Shown piece after piece: positions 34,522 through 36,377 of a stretch of 36,377 nt of DNA; positions within the stretch are counted from its first letter, which is position 1; each line of letters begins with the position of its first letter. The DNA is taken from positions 87,341,983 through 87,378,359 of the forward strand of contig NC_068985.1 in NCBI RefSeq assembly GCF_001194135.2, in the 5' to 3' direction. The position numbers and the translations under genes are program-made. Source of the stretch: Octopus bimaculoides. Lineage: Eukaryota. A model generated the notes under the pieces. The model had not been told where the DNA came from. It did no database searches and saw only the letters and a program-made list of their open reading frames with translations.

Positions 34522-34682
34522 TCATAATTATAGGAGAGGGAATAAGTCGATTGAATCGACCCCAGTGTTTATCTGGTATTTATTTTATCGATCCCAAAAG
34601 GATGAAAATCAAAATCAACCTCGGCGGGATTTGCAATCAGAACGTAAAGACGGATGAAATGCTGCTAAGCATTATGCCAGGG
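34522..34682 (-). mobile_element. SINE family A, head-truncated
   Basis: AAGTCGATTGAATCGACCCCAGTG...AAAAGGATGAAA...CAGAACGTAAAGACGG. Confidence 0.85.
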
Positions 34683-34796
34683 AAAGTAAAAATTCGAAAA
34701 ATAAGAGGTGTTATTTTAGTTCACTGGTAGTTAACAGTGGCACCATAGTACATCTCCAGCGTTAGAAGCTATGCAAAGACAATAAATAATATAATA

Positions 34797-35023
34797 AAAA
34801 TAATAATAATCTTTTCTACTGGAAGCACAAGGCCTCAAATTTGGGAGAAGGGGGTAAACCGATTACATCGACTCCAGTGCGTAACTTGTACTTATCTTAT
34901 CAACCCCGAAAGGATGAAAGACGAAGTCGACCCCAGCGGCGTTTGAACTCAGAATGTAAAGACAGACGAAATACCGCTAAGCATTTCGCCCGGCATTCTA
35001 ACATCCTGCCAGCTCGGCACTTT
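34797..35023 (-). mobile_element. SINE family A, full length, variant tail
   Basis: CGATTACATCGACTCCAGTG...GTTTGAACTCAGAATG...TGCCAGCTCGGCAC. Confidence 0.9.
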
Positions 35024-35024
35024 A

Positions 35025-35030
35025 ATGATG

Positions 35031-35062
<32 letters not shown>

Positions 35063-35102
35063 CATAATAATAATAATAATCATAATAATAATAATAATAA
35101 TG

Positions 35103-35182
<80 letters not shown>
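35025..35182. repeat. (AAT)n microsatellite
   Basis: Directly visible. Confidence 0.97.
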
Positions 35183-35679
35183 CATGCTTGTCAGGTTTGC
35201 TAGTTTGAATTATGTTTGCGATGTTATCGTATTTTGAAAGTAAGCACTGTGTAATACATCGACAAGAAAACTAAACACGAAATAAAAATATTTCAAAATA
35301 AAAATAAAGAGTGAATTTCCCGAAAAATCAATCAAACTGCTTCTTATATTTCTGATATAATAATTTTTTTGTTTGTAAACATAAATATATACAACAGAAT
35401 TTAGAATATTATTTTTTAAAAGAAATATATAAATTATTTGCTTTTGAGAATGTATATATTTTGTATTACACGGGAATATATGTCTTTGATTTGTGTAGGT
35501 GTTTGTGTGTGTGAGTTTTTGCTTTTGTGTAGGTGAGAATTGATGTACACAGATGTGTGTATGTGTGGAAGTCAAGGAAGGCTTTTATATATGGAATTAT
35601 GAAATGTGATTTGTTTCCAAGGCTAAAACAATACTTAATAAACCTCACTGTGTATTAATACATTTATTTGTCAAATGTA

Positions 35680-35976
35680 TGTATGTATGTACGTATGTAT
35701 TTATATATATGTGTGTGTATGTATATGTGTGTGTGTTAGGGTGTGTGGTGTCTTGTGTGCATGTAATGCTTGTATATATGTATGCATGTATATATATATG
35801 CATTATAAAACGCACACGCACATACATTTATGTACATAGATATATCTATTAAGATATTTTAAACTCACTACTTAGTTAAAGGATTGCAACACTGTGCATT
35901 TCTACCTCTTTCTCTCTCTCTCAGTATTTATGTATGCATGTATGCAAATATATATAGAAATATATATACACATATA

Positions 35977-36035
<59 letters not shown>

Positions 36036-36377
36036 TTATACATATATGTATGCATACAGATACATATGCATACATACATATACATAACATACATACACAC
36101 ACATATCTCTCACTCTCTCTCTATATATATACATATACAAACATATATATATGTATATACATAAATATATTAATTTCCTGTACACACACACACACACACA
36201 CAAACACACATATATATACAAATTTCATTTATCCCTCGATGCCCTTATTTTGCTTAATGGTTAAACACGCATACACACACGCACATATATGTGTGTGCGT
36301 ATACATATATAAAAATTAATTGTATTTTGTATATATACTTATACATATACTTATACATATACATATATATATATATA
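35680..36377. repeat. Compound (TA)/(CA)/(GT)/(CT) microsatellite
   Basis: Directly visible. Confidence 0.9.

Noticed and set aside
1123-35023. Strand bias of family A SINEs (6 minus, 1 plus)
   Set aside because: Too few copies, and paired copies are not independent.
169-36377. Numerous 60-240 aa ORFs rich in HT, YI, CV, ER, LS, N or X
   Set aside because: They are translations of microsatellites or N gaps.
1-36377. CRISPR array, rRNA or prokaryotic operon
   Set aside because: No spaced direct-repeat array, rRNA similarity or gene-dense segment was seen.

Overview
AT-rich, microsatellite-saturated eukaryotic DNA from a gapped short-read assembly (seven N runs, six flanked by (TA)n/(GA)n). 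The repeat make-up is most consistent with an octopus/coleoid cephalopod; that is an inference, not a database match. No protein-coding gene can be recognised with confidence, and nearly all supplied ORFs are translations of simple repeats or gaps. The window is mostly mobile-element debris: about 25 copies or fragments of several SINE families (labelled A-F here by similarity between copies, not by database names), three mariner derivatives, an RTE LINE fragment and a 5'-truncated R4/Dong LINE in a TAA repeat. It also holds six dispersed Penelope-type minimal hammerhead-ribozyme motifs. The most interesting signals are the hammerhead set (best copy 24845-24900; an inverted pair at 26394-26978), head/body module swapping among SINEs, and a mariner with an internally inverted transposase. 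A repeat-poor block at about 11.9-14.7 kb and a possible terminal exon at 8886 are weak gene candidates.
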